Shown here piece by piece: positions 27,402 through 38,507 of a stretch of 64,000 nucleotides of DNA. This DNA is from Candidatus Multivorans sp. GTDB lineage: Bacteria > Acidobacteriota > Thermoanaerobaculia > Multivoradales > Multivoraceae. A program made the position numbers and the translations under genes. The DNA is taken from the NCBI GenBank assembly GCA_965224025.1, contig OZ245033.1, forward strand, positions 4,672,001 through 4,736,000, read 5' to 3'. A model generated the notes under the pieces. It had not been told where the DNA came from. It searched no databases and worked only from the letters and a program-made list of their open reading frames with translations. Positions within the stretch are counted from its first letter, which is position 1. Every line of letters starts with the position of its first letter.

Positions 27402-28439
27402 ATGAGAGAGCCGAGCGTGATCTTGATGGGCGCGGCGTCGGTCCTGACACTGGGACTCGCCGGCTTCGCCCTTGAGGGACCCCGGATCCAGGCCGAGATC
27501 GAGGCGCGGACCGCGGCCGCGCTGGCCGATGCCGGCGTCCGCAACCTGAGTGTGCAGGCCCGCGGACGCGATGTGACGCTCTCCGGCACCGTCGCGTTCG
27601 CGGAAATCGGCATGGAGGCAACACGGCGCGCGGCCGCGACACCCGGCGTGCGCCATGTCGACAACCGGCTGGAGATGGCCAGCGGCCCTTCCTTCGAGTT
27701 CGCTCCCGACGGCGACATCTGGTTGCTCCGCGGCCAGATGCCGACGCCCGAAAGCAGGCAGGAACTGTTCGACGCGGCCGCCGCGATCGTGGGTCCGGGG
27801 AACGTCATCGACGAGACCGAAGTCGACGGCTCGGTGACTGAACCTCCCTGGCTCGGCGCGCTGCCCAGGCTGATCCAGCTTCTGCGCCGCCTGGACGGCG
27901 CTCCGGGGCTGCGGCTCGAAGACCGGACGCTGACTCTGACGGGTCACACCTCCACCGAGGGCCTGCGTGACCACCTCATGTTCGAAATCACGTCCATCGG
28001 AGTCGCGGCCAACGCTGGCTGGACGATCGCCAATCGGATGCGGATCTCGCCCGTCGCCGTAAACCACGAGGCCGAGAGGCGCATCCGGGACGTGCTGGCA
28101 CGGGGACCCATCGAGTTCGAAGACGGCACGTCGACGCTCACCGAGGAGGCCACGACCACGGTTGGCGAGATCGGCGCCGCGCTGGCCAACATCTCGGAAA
28201 TCCGGGTAGAGATCCTCGCCCACACGGACCCCGGCGGCGAACCGGCAGTCGACCGGGCGCTCAGTCTCGAACAGGCTCGGGCCGTCCTCGACGTTCTCTC
28301 GGCCAGCATTCATCCCGACCGCCTGCTGGCGCTCGGCTACGGCAGCGATCGTCCGCTCGCCGCGGACGGCGACGACACGGCGGACTCCGCCGACGCCTCG
28401 ACTTCACGCATCGAGTTCCGCGTTCTCCACCGTCCCTGA
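27402..28439 (+). CDS. BON + OmpA-like C-terminal domain protein (ArfA/Rv0899-like architecture)
   Basis: N-terminal TM; 'GRDVTLSG', 'GVRHVDNRL' (BON); 'IEFEDGTSTL', 'AHTD', 'LSLEQA', 'GYGSDRP', 'RIEF' (OmpA-C). Confidence 0.82.
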   Translation: MREPSVILMGAASVLTLGLAGFALEGPRIQAEIEARTAAALADAGVRNLSVQARGRDVTLSGTVAFAEIGMEATRRAAATPGVRHVDNRLEMASGPSFEFAPDGDIWLLRGQMPTPESRQELFDAAAAIVGPGNVIDETEVDGSVTEPPWLGALPRLIQLLRRLDGAPGLRLEDRTLTLTGHTSTEGLRDHLMFEITSIGVAANAGWTIANRMRISPVAVNHEAERRIRDVLARGPIEFEDGTSTLTEEATTTVGEIGAALANISEIRVEILAHTDPGGEPAVDRALSLEQARAVLDVLSASIHPDRLLALGYGSDRPLAADGDDTADSADASTSRIEFRVLHRP

Positions 28440-28481
28440 GCATCTCCACCGTTCCCCAAGAATCTCCACCGCCCCTGAAGG
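28424..28481. repeat. Three tandem ~19-20-bp direct repeats (TCTCCACCG core)
   Basis: TCTCCACCG at 28424, 28443 and 28463. Confidence 0.75.
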
Positions 28482-28487
28482 GCGCCG

Positions 28488-28682
28488 ATGCTGTACATTC
28501 TCCTCGAAATATGGATCTGGGTCGCCGCCGCGGCGCTGGTCGGCGCGATGTTCGGCTGGTGGATGCGCAGCATCCGGGCCGCCAGGGAGGTCGCCCGGGA
28601 AGCCCTGCTCTGGCAGCAGCGCATAGGGCGGCTGGAGAGGCTCGCCGCGGGCCTGAAGAACACGGCGGACGCCGAAGGGTAA
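28488..28682 (+). CDS. Small single-pass membrane protein (ArfB/ArfC-like)
   Basis: 'MLYILLEIWIWVAAAALVGAMFGWW' TM helix directly downstream of the BON/OmpA gene. Confidence 0.7.
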   Translation: MLYILLEIWIWVAAAALVGAMFGWWMRSIRAAREVAREALLWQQRIGRLERLAAGLKNTADAEG

Positions 28683-28730
28683 AAGAACGATTCAGGCGAC
28701 GCCGGCGCCTGAGATCTGATTGCCGCCGGC

Positions 28731-30180
28731 TCAGTCGTCCCCGGTCAGGAGATCGAACTCCGACGGCGCAACGGTGACTCCGGCCCGGTGCTGCAACGCG
28801 CGCGACGTGACGTCCGCCAGGATCTCCGGCTGCGCGGCCGCGATGTCCCACTGCTCGCCCGGGTCCAGCGCCAGGTCGTACAGCAGGGGTGGATCGTGCT
28901 CCGTCCGCTCGCCGGCCAGACCGTACGCGCCCTGGGTGATGAAGTGTGCCTTGTAGTTCCCGACCCGGTAGGCGTAGAGCTCGCTCCCGCGGTAGAACGG
29001 AATCTCCCGGCGCGGCCCGTCCCCGGCTCCCAAGAGCGCCCGGCTCAGATCGAGGCTGTCCATCGGCCGGTCTTCCGGCAGGGCGCCACCGGCGAAACCG
29101 AGGAAGGTCGCGAACAGGTCACTGGTCGACCCGATCTCGTCCGTGACCACATCGGGGGCGATCGTCCCGGGCCACCAGAACAGCCCCGGCACCCGCATGC
29201 CCCCGTCCCAGGTCATCCCCTTGCCTTCGCGGAGGGGTCCGGCCAATCCCCCCTGGGTGCGGAACGCGGTCCAGGGTCCGTTGTCGCTGCTGAAGAACAC
29301 GACCGTGTTCTCCGCGAGCCCCTCCTCTTCCAGCGTGTCGAGGATCCGGCCGACGCTCCAGTCGATCTCCTCGATCACGTCGCCGTAGAGCCCCGCGTCG
29401 CTGTGGCCCTCGAACTCGGGCGCCCGGAACAAGGGTACGTGGGGCATGCTGTGCGGCAGATAGACGAAGAACGGCTCCTCCCGGTGAGCACGGATGAAGT
29501 CCACGGCCTCCTCGGCGTAGCGCTTCGTGATCGTCGTCTGGTCCGCGGGCTGCTCCAGCGTCTCCATGACGATCTGGTCGGCTTCGTCGCGCTCCGAGCG
29601 GATGAGCGGCACGTCCCAGTACTCGATCTTCGGATCCACGAACGCTGCACGACGCTCTTCCCGCGGAAGCGTCGACATCATGTCGTTCGAGTAGGGAATG
29701 CCGAACCAGTAGTCGAACCCGTGCCGGGTCGGCAGGTAGTCGGGGCCATCGCCCAGGTGCCACTTGCCGAACATGCCGGTCGCGTAGCCGAGATCGCGGA
29801 GCGCCTCGGCGATCGTCACTTCCTCGTCCTGGATGCCGCCCACGAACTCGGGGAAGAGCACACGGGCCCGGTCGCCGTAAAGTCCGCTGCGTAGCTGCAG
29901 GCGCCCGGTCAACAGCCCCGCCCGGCTCGGCGAACACACCGACGCGGTGACGTAGAAGTTCGTCCAGCGCTGGCCCTCGGCCGCCATGCGGTCGAGGTTC
30001 GGGGTGCGGATCACCGGCGCGCCGTAGCTGCCGAGGTCGCCCCAGCCCAGGTCGTCGGCGAAGACGATGACGACGTTCGGGGGGGCGGCTGGCGGCGGTG
30101 GCAGAAGGCTGTGGAGAGTCCCGCGCACAGGACGCAAGAACCGGAGCAAGGAAGGAAAGGAGAAGAGCCGTTCGTGACAT
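28731..30180 (-). pseudogene. Arylsulfatase (Cys-type), frameshifted between lipoprotein signal and catalytic domain
   Basis: 'NVVIVFADDLG', 'CSPSR', 'GKWHLG'; signal 'MSRTALLLSFLAPVLASC' is in another frame; removing one base from the G7 run at 30079-30085 restores ..SRPPNVV.. Confidence 0.8.
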
Positions 30181-30278
30181 GGACCAAGTCTAGAGGCCGC
30201 AGCGATGACCCCGGTTCCCGCCACTGAAGAGAGTAGGATCGCCAACTTCCGACCGTACCGACCGACCCGAGACCGCCC

Positions 30279-31454
30279 ATGACCCCACCGCAGATCGACG
30301 AAGCCCGCGCCCTCGACCACCTGATGGACCTGCTCGCCATCGAGGGCCTGAGCGGCCGCGAGGGCAAGATCGCGGCCGCGGTCCGGGAGAAGCTCCTCGG
30401 AGCGGGCTGCGAGCGGTCCTGGATCGGGCATGACGATGCGAACGACCGGATCCCCGGTGACTACGAGGTCGGCAACCTGATCGTCGACCTGCCCGGCACG
30501 AGGCCGGGCCCGCGGCGGCTGTTCATGGGTCACATGGACACGGTGCCGCTCTGCCGCGGCGCGGTGCCCGTGCGCCGGAACGGACGGATCGAAGCCGAGG
30601 GCGACACCGCGCTCGGCGGCGACAACCGGACCTCGATCGGCGCCCTGGTGACGATGGTCGAGACCCTGCTTGCTCAGGACGTGCCCCGGCCGCCGATCAC
30701 GGTGCTGATGACGGTCGGCGAGGAAGTCGGCCTGTGGGGTGCGCGCACCGTGGAGCTCGACCGCCTCGGGAACCCGGAGATGGGCTTCAACATCGACTCC
30801 GGCGCGCCGCACGTGGTGATCATCGGCGCCACCGGCGCCGACCGCTGGCAGGTCGACATCCAGGGCAAGTCCTCTCACGCGGGCGTTCATCCCGAGCACG
30901 GCATCTCCGCGGCGCTAATCGCCTCGCGCGCGGTCGCCGACGTGGCCGCCCAGGGCTTCTTCGGCAAGATCGAGCTTCCGGCCGGCAGCGGCACCTCGAA
31001 CATCGGCCGCATGGCCGGCGGCGAAGCGAGCAACCAGGTGACGGACCACGTCTTCGTGTCCGGCGAGTCGCGCAGCCACGACAAGAGCTTCCTGGCGCAG
31101 ATCACGGCCGCCTACCGCCACGCCTTCGAGAGCGCCGCAGGGAGCGTCCGAAACAGCGACGGCCAGTGCGGCCGCGTCGACTTTCGCGCCGAGCAGGACT
31201 ACGAAGCGTTCGAGATGTCCGTGGACTCGCCTCCCGCGCAGCTCGCCGCGGAGCAGGTAAGGACGGTCCTGGGCATGGAAACCGAGTACCTCGTCGCGAA
31301 CGGCGGACTCGACGCGAACTACCTGAACGCCAAGGGTCTGCCCACGGTGACCCTGGGCGCTGGACAACACGATCCCCACACCGTGGACGAGTACGTCGAC
31401 GTGCGGGAGTACCTCGACGGTTGTCGAATGATCGCCGCCATCGCCGCGGCCTGA
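30279..31454 (+). CDS. M20/M25/M40 family metallopeptidase (peptidase T-like)
   Basis: 'GHMDTV', 'LGGDNR', 'GEEVGL', 'GKSSHAG', 'PHTVDE'. Confidence 0.88.
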   Translation: MTPPQIDEARALDHLMDLLAIEGLSGREGKIAAAVREKLLGAGCERSWIGHDDANDRIPGDYEVGNLIVDLPGTRPGPRRLFMGHMDTVPLCRGAVPVRRNGRIEAEGDTALGGDNRTSIGALVTMVETLLAQDVPRPPITVLMTVGEEVGLWGARTVELDRLGNPEMGFNIDSGAPHVVIIGATGADRWQVDIQGKSSHAGVHPEHGISAALIASRAVADVAAQGFFGKIELPAGSGTSNIGRMAGGEASNQVTDHVFVSGESRSHDKSFLAQITAAYRHAFESAAGSVRNSDGQCGRVDFRAEQDYEAFEMSVDSPPAQLAAEQVRTVLGMETEYLVANGGLDANYLNAKGLPTVTLGAGQHDPHTVDEYVDVREYLDGCRMIAAIAAA

Positions 31455-31478
31455 TCCCAGCTACCTGGAGGCCCCGAA

Positions 31479-32396
31479 ATGAACACTCGCATGCTCCACG
31501 AGAAAGTGATCGCCGTTACCGGCGCCGGCCGCGGCATCGGCCGCGACATCGCCCTGCTGGCGGCCGCCCACGGCGCCTCGGTGATCGTCAACGACCTCGG
31601 CGGCTCCGAACGCGGCGACGGCGCCGACCAGACGCCGGCGCAGGCCGTCGTCGACGAGATCGCGGCCGCCGGAGGACGCGCCGCCGCGAACTACGAGAGC
31701 GTTGCCGACTTTGACGCCGCCGGCCGCATCGTCGAGCAGGCTCTCGACTGCTACGGCCAGATCGACGGCGTCGTCAACAACGCCGGCATCCTGCGCGACG
31801 GCATCTTCCACAAGATGGAGGAGAGCGACTGGGACGCGGTGATCGCGGTTCATCTCAAGGGCAGCTTCAACATGGCGCGTGCCGCCGCCCCCCACTACCG
31901 CAAGCAGATCGGCGGCGCCTTCGTCCACATGACCTCGACCTCGGGGCTGATCGGCAACTTCGGCCAGGCGAACTACGCCGCCGCGAAGCTGGGGATCGTC
32001 GGCCTGTCCAAGTCTCTAGCCCTCGACATGCAGCGCTTCGAGGTGCGCTCGAACTGCATCGCGCCCTTCGCCTGGTCGCGGCTGATCGGGACGATTCCGA
32101 CCGCGGACCCGGCCCAGGCCGCGCGGGTGGCGAAGATGCAGGCGATGACCCCGGCCCTGGTCGCGCCGCTTGCGGTCTATCTGTTGAGCGATGCGGCAAA
32201 GGACGTGAGCGGTCAGATCTTCGCGGTGCGCAAGAACGAGATCTTCCTGATGAGCCAGCCGCGGCCGATCCGCTCGGTCCACAACGGAGCCGGCTGGACC
32301 CCGGAGGCCATCGCCGAACACGGCATGCCGGCCCTGGCCGGGTCGTTCCACGACCTCGACCGGACGACCGACGTCTTCACCTGGGATCCGACGTAG
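31479..32396 (+). CDS. SDR family oxidoreductase (3-hydroxyacyl-CoA dehydrogenase-like)
   Basis: 'TGAGRGIG', 'NNAGILRD', 'GNFGQANYAAAK'. Confidence 0.92.
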   Translation: MNTRMLHEKVIAVTGAGRGIGRDIALLAAAHGASVIVNDLGGSERGDGADQTPAQAVVDEIAAAGGRAAANYESVADFDAAGRIVEQALDCYGQIDGVVNNAGILRDGIFHKMEESDWDAVIAVHLKGSFNMARAAAPHYRKQIGGAFVHMTSTSGLIGNFGQANYAAAKLGIVGLSKSLALDMQRFEVRSNCIAPFAWSRLIGTIPTADPAQAARVAKMQAMTPALVAPLAVYLLSDAAKDVSGQIFAVRKNEIFLMSQPRPIRSVHNGAGWTPEAIAEHGMPALAGSFHDLDRTTDVFTWDPT

Positions 32397-32496
32397 GAGA
32401 CTGCGCGGCAGAACAGCCGGAGGCCGGCGCTTCGCGCCGGATGCGGGCAGGATGCCCGCGTTCCCAGGTCAGATCGTTCTGCCGCGCAGTCTCCTA
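32394..32496. repeat. REP-like element nested in a perfect 21-bp inverted repeat
   Basis: taggagactgcgcggcagaac (32394-32414) and gttctgccgcgcagtctccta (32476-32496) flank gccggcgcttcgcgccggatgcgggcaggatgcccgcgttcccagg. Confidence 0.88.
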
Positions 32497-32523
32497 GCCT
32501 AGCGGCGGCAACGGCCGCTGCTG

Positions 32524-32735
32524 CTACAACTGCCAGACCAGCAGCAACTGCACGGCGCTCTCGGTTTCTTCCGTGCCGAGCTGCTCTGCTCGCCGGCGGA
32601 GAACAGGAACAACCCGTTCACGTCGAAGGCGTAGCTGCCATCCGTTTTCGGCGTGCCGCCGGCGCCGATGCCGCGGCGAAGGCGGCCAGGGCGGCGACGG
32701 CGAGCCAGCGCCGACGTTCTCCGCTTCCGCCACGG
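32524..32735 (-). pseudogene. Collapsed remnant of an exported beta-barrel-like gene (DUF481-like?)
   Basis: Different frames give a signal peptide (RRRWLAVAALAAFAAASAPAA), 'SYAFDVNGLFLFSAGEQSS' and a terminal 'ESAVQLLLVWQL*'. Confidence 0.4.
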
Positions 32736-32745
32736 CCGTCTGGCC

Positions 32746-33927
<1,182 letters not shown>

Positions 33928-34017
33928 GGAGAAACTCCCTAAGCTCGTTTTGGTTGCTGTGTGTTCCGTTCGGTGGAGCCGAAAAAGACTAGTACCTACC
34001 GTCCGGTCGGTCGGCCC

Positions 34018-34867
34018 TTACTCGTTCAACCACGCGTTGAAGGACGGCTTGCGCTTGTCGCGGAAGGCGGCCACACCCTCGCGGGAGTCCGGGTGATGGT
34101 CGCCGATCGGCGTCCTGGCCGCGATGTCCTCGAGCGACTGCTCCCAGGTCTGGTCCGCGGCGTTGTACACGCTGCGCTTAAGCAGCCGCATCGCCACCTG
34201 CGGTCCGTTCGCGAGTTCGCGCCAGGTCCATGGCCCGCGGCATCAACTCGTCGGGCGCCACGACCTCGTGGACGAGCCCCAGGTCGAGCGCGTCCGCCGC
34301 GCCGACGATGCGGTTGCGCATCAGGAAATCGATCGTCTTCGGCAGCCCCATCATCTGCAGCAGCAGGTAGTGGCCGCCCTCGTCCGGCAGCAGGCCGAAA
34401 CGAAGCGTCCCGCTGCCCATGCGGGCCTCGGTCGAGGCGATGCGGAAGTCACAACTGAGCGCCAGCGAGAAGCCGGTCTGGACTGCCACGCCGTTCATCG
34501 CCGCGATCGTCAGCTTGTCCAGACCGCGGATCGCCGTGTTCACGGGCTGCGAGATCTTGCGCAGCCCGTTGATCGTGCCGAGCACGTTGTCGTGGCCGCG
34601 GTGGATGCCCGGCACGAGTTGCTCGCCGCGCGCGCCGCGATCCTTGCCGCTGATGTCGTCGCCGGCCGAGAATGCCCGACCGCTGCCAGTCAACAGCACA
34701 ACGCGCACCGAATCCTCCATCGCGGCCTGGGTGAGCGTCTCCAGCAGGTCGCGCTTCATCGGCGCGTTCATGCCGTTGAGCCGGTCCGGCCGGTTGAACG
34801 TGATGACGAGGATCCCCGGATCCTCCACCTCGACCTCGAAACCCTGGAACTCGCCCGTCTGGATCAT
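34018..34867 (-). pseudogene. Enoyl-CoA hydratase family protein with a frameshift near the C-terminus
   Basis: 'FNRPDRLNG', 'GRAFSAGDD'; adding 2 bp in the GC repeat at ~34218-34222 restores 'ARELANGPQVAMRLLKRS...SREGVAAFRDKRKPSFN', stop TAA at 34018. Confidence 0.8.
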
Positions 34868-35080
34868 CCCTGCCGCTCCCTTTCTGGTTGCTCGTTCTAC
34901 TCGTTTCTGCGATGAGGGCAGTCATTGTGGCACACGGAATTCGACGTCCTCCAACGCAGGAATCCTCAGGCTGATTCTCTTGTTCAACGTCACGGAGCGT
35001 GTGCTACCCTGCACCGGCCCCGGCCTCCTTAGCGCGTCGGGTACCCTTCAATCCACGCAGCAACAAGGAGAATCCAACTG

Positions 35081-35452
35081 ATGAAACACGTCATCGGCGT
35101 GCTTACTCTTGTCCTCGCCGGCGGCCTACTGCAGGCCTCGGCGTACGCATCCGGCTCCATCTCGGCCGGCAAGGGGATCAACCCGCGCGACGCCTACACG
35201 ATGGGCAAGGCGCTCACGTTCGAGAAGCTCGTCTGCCCATCCTGTCCGTTACAGAAGCGGGATCTGGACCGCGACCGCGCCATGAGCCTGAAGAACAGCC
35301 TCGAAGCCCGCGACGAGGCCGAGAAGCCGGGCACCGCGGATGACGAGAACATCGCCGCTCTCTGCCCCGGCGCCGGCGACGCCACGTGCGAAGGCAAGCC
35401 GGACGAGCAGGAACTCGTTCACTTCTACCTGACACGGCGCTACAAGCTGTAG
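35081..35452 (+). CDS. Small secreted Cys-containing hypothetical protein
   Basis: AAGGAG upstream; signal peptide ending AYA; 'GKALTFEKLVCPSCP' plus a second Cys pair. Confidence 0.8.
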   Translation: MKHVIGVLTLVLAGGLLQASAYASGSISAGKGINPRDAYTMGKALTFEKLVCPSCPLQKRDLDRDRAMSLKNSLEARDEAEKPGTADDENIAALCPGAGDATCEGKPDEQELVHFYLTRRYKL

Positions 35453-35462
35453 GTCGGAGAAA

Positions 35463-36347
35463 ATGATGAACGCAAGGTCTCCAAGTTCTTCGCTCGCCGC
35501 GGCTGCTGCCGTCGTCGCTTTCGCCGCTCCCCCTCTCGCCGCCGAAGGGTCTCCTTGGCTTCCCGCGCCCGGCGCCGGGACCATCACCGTGTCCTACGTC
35601 TCCCAGGAAGCGACCGAATTCTACCGCGCGGCCCGGAAGGGACCGACTCCCGCCGGGGGCCACGAACTCGGGCAGCAGACCCTCTGGGTCACAGGGACCT
35701 ACGGCCTGTCGGATTCGTTGGCTCTGGACTTCCGCGTCGGAGGCGCCGAGAGTTCCTTCACGGCCGGGCCATCGGCGCCGCTTCCACCAAAGGAGAATCT
35801 GAGCGGCCTGCAGGACGTGAACGCCGGTCTCGTCTGGCGGTTCAAGGACGAAGTTGTGAGTTCGGGGCCCAGCGTCGCGCTGCGCGCCGCCGCGATCATC
35901 GGAGGGAGCTACAAGACCGGGTACATCAGTTCCCTGGGGGACGGCGGCGACGGGGGCGAAGTCTCCCTGCTGATCGGCAAGTACGTCGGCGAACGGGGCG
36001 CCCTGTCCGCCGAAGTCGGATATCGCTACCGCAGCGAGGGCATTCCGGCAGATACGTTCCTGAACCTCTCGGCGGGAGTCCTGGTCAGCGATCGGGTCGG
36101 TCTGAACGTCGGCTACCGGGTGGTCGACGCCGCGTCCTCGGGTCTCGACATCGGCGTTCCGCCCTTCTCGCCTGCCCGCTTCCCGGAACTCCAGGAGGAC
36201 ATCGATCTCTTCCTCGGCACGATCAGCATCGGCCTCACGGACACCACCAACCTGGGGTTCTCCTACGGGTCGGTCGTCGGCGGCCGCAACACCGCGGTGT
36301 CGGATTTCATCGGCGTCTCGCTCGGCTTCAACTTCGACACCTACTGA
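35463..36347 (+). CDS. Putative outer-membrane beta-barrel protein
   Basis: Signal peptide; alternating amphipathic strands; aromatic C-terminus 'GFNFDTY'. Confidence 0.7.
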   Translation: MMNARSPSSSLAAAAAVVAFAAPPLAAEGSPWLPAPGAGTITVSYVSQEATEFYRAARKGPTPAGGHELGQQTLWVTGTYGLSDSLALDFRVGGAESSFTAGPSAPLPPKENLSGLQDVNAGLVWRFKDEVVSSGPSVALRAAAIIGGSYKTGYISSLGDGGDGGEVSLLIGKYVGERGALSAEVGYRYRSEGIPADTFLNLSAGVLVSDRVGLNVGYRVVDAASSGLDIGVPPFSPARFPELQEDIDLFLGTISIGLTDTTNLGFSYGSVVGGRNTAVSDFIGVSLGFNFDTY

Positions 36348-36363
36348 TCGGGGGCGCAAGCTC

Positions 36364-37185
36364 CTACGGCGCGTTCAGGCTCCAGTCGTACTCGTAGTCG
36401 ATCGAGCCCTCGAAACCCTCGAGGCGCGCGGCGAGTTCCTCGTCCGCGTACTCGAGGAGGTGGGCGACCACCGACTCTTCGGTGTTGCCGAAGTCCTCGG
36501 CGTACCAGTCGTAGATGCTCGAGATGACGATAAAGTCGTCGTCCACGAAGTCGACCCCGCGCGCGTTGTTCACATAGTCGCGCGCACCCTGCTCCAGCAG
36601 CGCCTCCGTGTTGGCCGCGGTGAAGGCCGCCGCCAGCAGGTGGGGACAGCCGTACGCGGCGCAGTTCGCCGCGTAGTGGATCCGCTTGTCCCGCCAGAGG
36701 GGCCGCAGGATGCCGTGCTCGATGTCGTCAAGGGTCAGATCCCGGCCGTTCACATTGGCGTGCACGTCCCCCCAGGGACCCGTGTTGGGGATCACGCCCT
36801 CGTGGATGTCCCTGATCGTGTCGACCGGGTACTCCGACAACACGACCTGGACCGTCGTCGCGTTGTACAGATTGATCCAGTAAGCCATCTGCTCCGCGCG
36901 TGAGTAGGCGCTTGGGTCGAGTCCCCGCAGGTACTCGAGGTAGCCGGTCAGCTTCGCCTCGTCGTCGGCGCTCGCCGCGATCGCCGCGTAGTCGAAGAGG
37001 TTGACGCCTGAGTCGTCGGCGCCGACGTAGCCGTCGAGTATCTCCTGCCAGGCACCGTGATCGATCGTCGCGGCACTCGTCTCGTCGCTGACGTCCCATC
37101 CCGCGATCTCTTTCGGTTCCGGGGCGCCGCAAGACAGCGCGATTGCCATCGCGCCGGCGAGGCCGATCAACTTGCTATTCGTCAT
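36364..37185 (-). CDS. DUF547-domain lipoprotein
   Basis: 'AYWINLYNA', 'LDDIEHGILR', 'RIHYAANCA..GCP', 'SSIYDWY..DF', 'YDWSLN'. Confidence 0.9.
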   Translation of the reverse strand: MTNSKLIGLAGAMAIALSCGAPEPKEIAGWDVSDETSAATIDHGAWQEILDGYVGADDSGVNLFDYAAIAASADDEAKLTGYLEYLRGLDPSAYSRAEQMAYWINLYNATTVQVVLSEYPVDTIRDIHEGVIPNTGPWGDVHANVNGRDLTLDDIEHGILRPLWRDKRIHYAANCAAYGCPHLLAAAFTAANTEALLEQGARDYVNNARGVDFVDDDFIVISSIYDWYAEDFGNTEESVVAHLLEYADEELAARLEGFEGSIDYEYDWSLNAP

Positions 37186-38507
37186 TGCTCTTCCTTTCGG
37201 ATCCCGTTACGGCGGCGCACCGCAACGTCAACCGCGAGCGCCATGAGGATCAGTCCGAATTGCAGCCCCCGAGCCCATCCCGGCTGTTCATAGGGTTGCA
37301 ACGTGTAGTCGGGCAGGTTCAGCCCGGTGATGTAGCCGAGCAGGACCGCCATCGACGCCGTCCATGCCCAGAAGCTCGGAAAGACTACCGCGAAGGGCAG
37401 CAGCCAAAGCAGATACCAGGGATTGATCACCGGCGACAGGGCAAGCAAGACGCCGAACAGCCAGTCGCCGCGGGGAACTCCCCGGCTACTGCCGCGGGCG
37501 TAGCGAAGGCAGTACCAGCACCAGAAGGCAGCGAAACCCACGCCCAGCAGGATCCGCGCCTCGAACGGCGCCACGACCGTCTTCAGCAGCCCGAACACCG
37601 CCGAGTTGAACTCCCAGTCCCGCGCAAAGACCTGAAGCGACAGCAGATCGGTGCCCCCCAGGACGACGAAGGGCAGGTAGACCGCCGCCGCCGTGGCGGC
37701 GAAAAGCAGCCAGTGCTTCAGCCGGGCCCGAACCAGGATGAGCGGCGCCAGCACCAAGGCGAACGTCTTCGCGGCCACGGCCAGTCCGAGCAGGCCGGCG
37801 GCAGACCACCAGCGCCAGTCACGGGCAAGGACTACCGCGGCCAGCAGCAGGCAGACGCCGACACCGTCCGGATGCGCGGTGAAGGCGATCTCCTTGACCA
37901 CCAGGGGGCACCAGGCGTAGAGCAGAACATTGCGCGCCGGCGCCAGCCGCAACAGCAACAGAACCGTGGCGAGATCGACCGCGATCAGGATCGCCTGCAG
38001 CACGGCAACGCTCGCCGGCTTGATCCAGTACGCGACCAGGAAGACGACCTGGGTGACCGGCGCGTAGATGGTCGGCAACTCCGGGTAGTTCACGCCGTCC
38101 AGGACTCCCTGGAAGAGCGCCGGCACCGCCGGATCGACGAAGAACTCCTCCGGCGCGGCTCCGTAGGGCGTGCCGGCCACGGCAAACCGATAGCCGTCCC
38201 AGAGATAGCGGTAGAAGTCGTCCTCGTAGAACGGGCCGCCGATCAATCCGCAGAGGCGGAAGGCGACCGCCCAGAACAGCAGTCGGCCGACCGGGAACGG
38301 CTCCCCCGTCTTTCGGAAGTGGAAGAAGAGACCGAAGACCGGCAAGCCGGTCCACGCAACGAGCAGGAAGAACGCCCCAAGCTCGGGCTCACCGGGCTGT
38401 CGCGCGAGCACCGCCAGGGCCGCGTAGCCGAGAACGCACCACAGACCCACCCCATCCGTGTACCGGAGCGACCTGCGCGAGGGCCGCTCGACTCCAGGAT
38501 CAGCCAA
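37182..38507 (-). CDS. Polytopic membrane glycosyltransferase-like protein (GT87/DUF2029-like)
   Basis: 'EDDFYRYLWDG', 'PTIYAP', 'YAWCPL', 'WEFNS', 'SPVINPWY'. Confidence 0.8.
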   Translation of the reverse strand: MADPGVERPSRRSLRYTDGVGLWCVLGYAALAVLARQPGEPELGAFFLLVAWTGLPVFGLFFHFRKTGEPFPVGRLLFWAVAFRLCGLIGGPFYEDDFYRYLWDGYRFAVAGTPYGAAPEEFFVDPAVPALFQGVLDGVNYPELPTIYAPVTQVVFLVAYWIKPASVAVLQAILIAVDLATVLLLLRLAPARNVLLYAWCPLVVKEIAFTAHPDGVGVCLLLAAVVLARDWRWWSAAGLLGLAVAAKTFALVLAPLILVRARLKHWLLFAATAAAVYLPFVVLGGTDLLSLQVFARDWEFNSAVFGLLKTVVAPFEARILLGVGFAAFWCWYCLRYARGSSRGVPRGDWLFGVLLALSPVINPWYLLWLLPFAVVFPSFWAWTASMAVLLGYITGLNLPDYTLQPYEQPGWARGLQFGLILMALAVDVAVRRRNGIRKEEQ

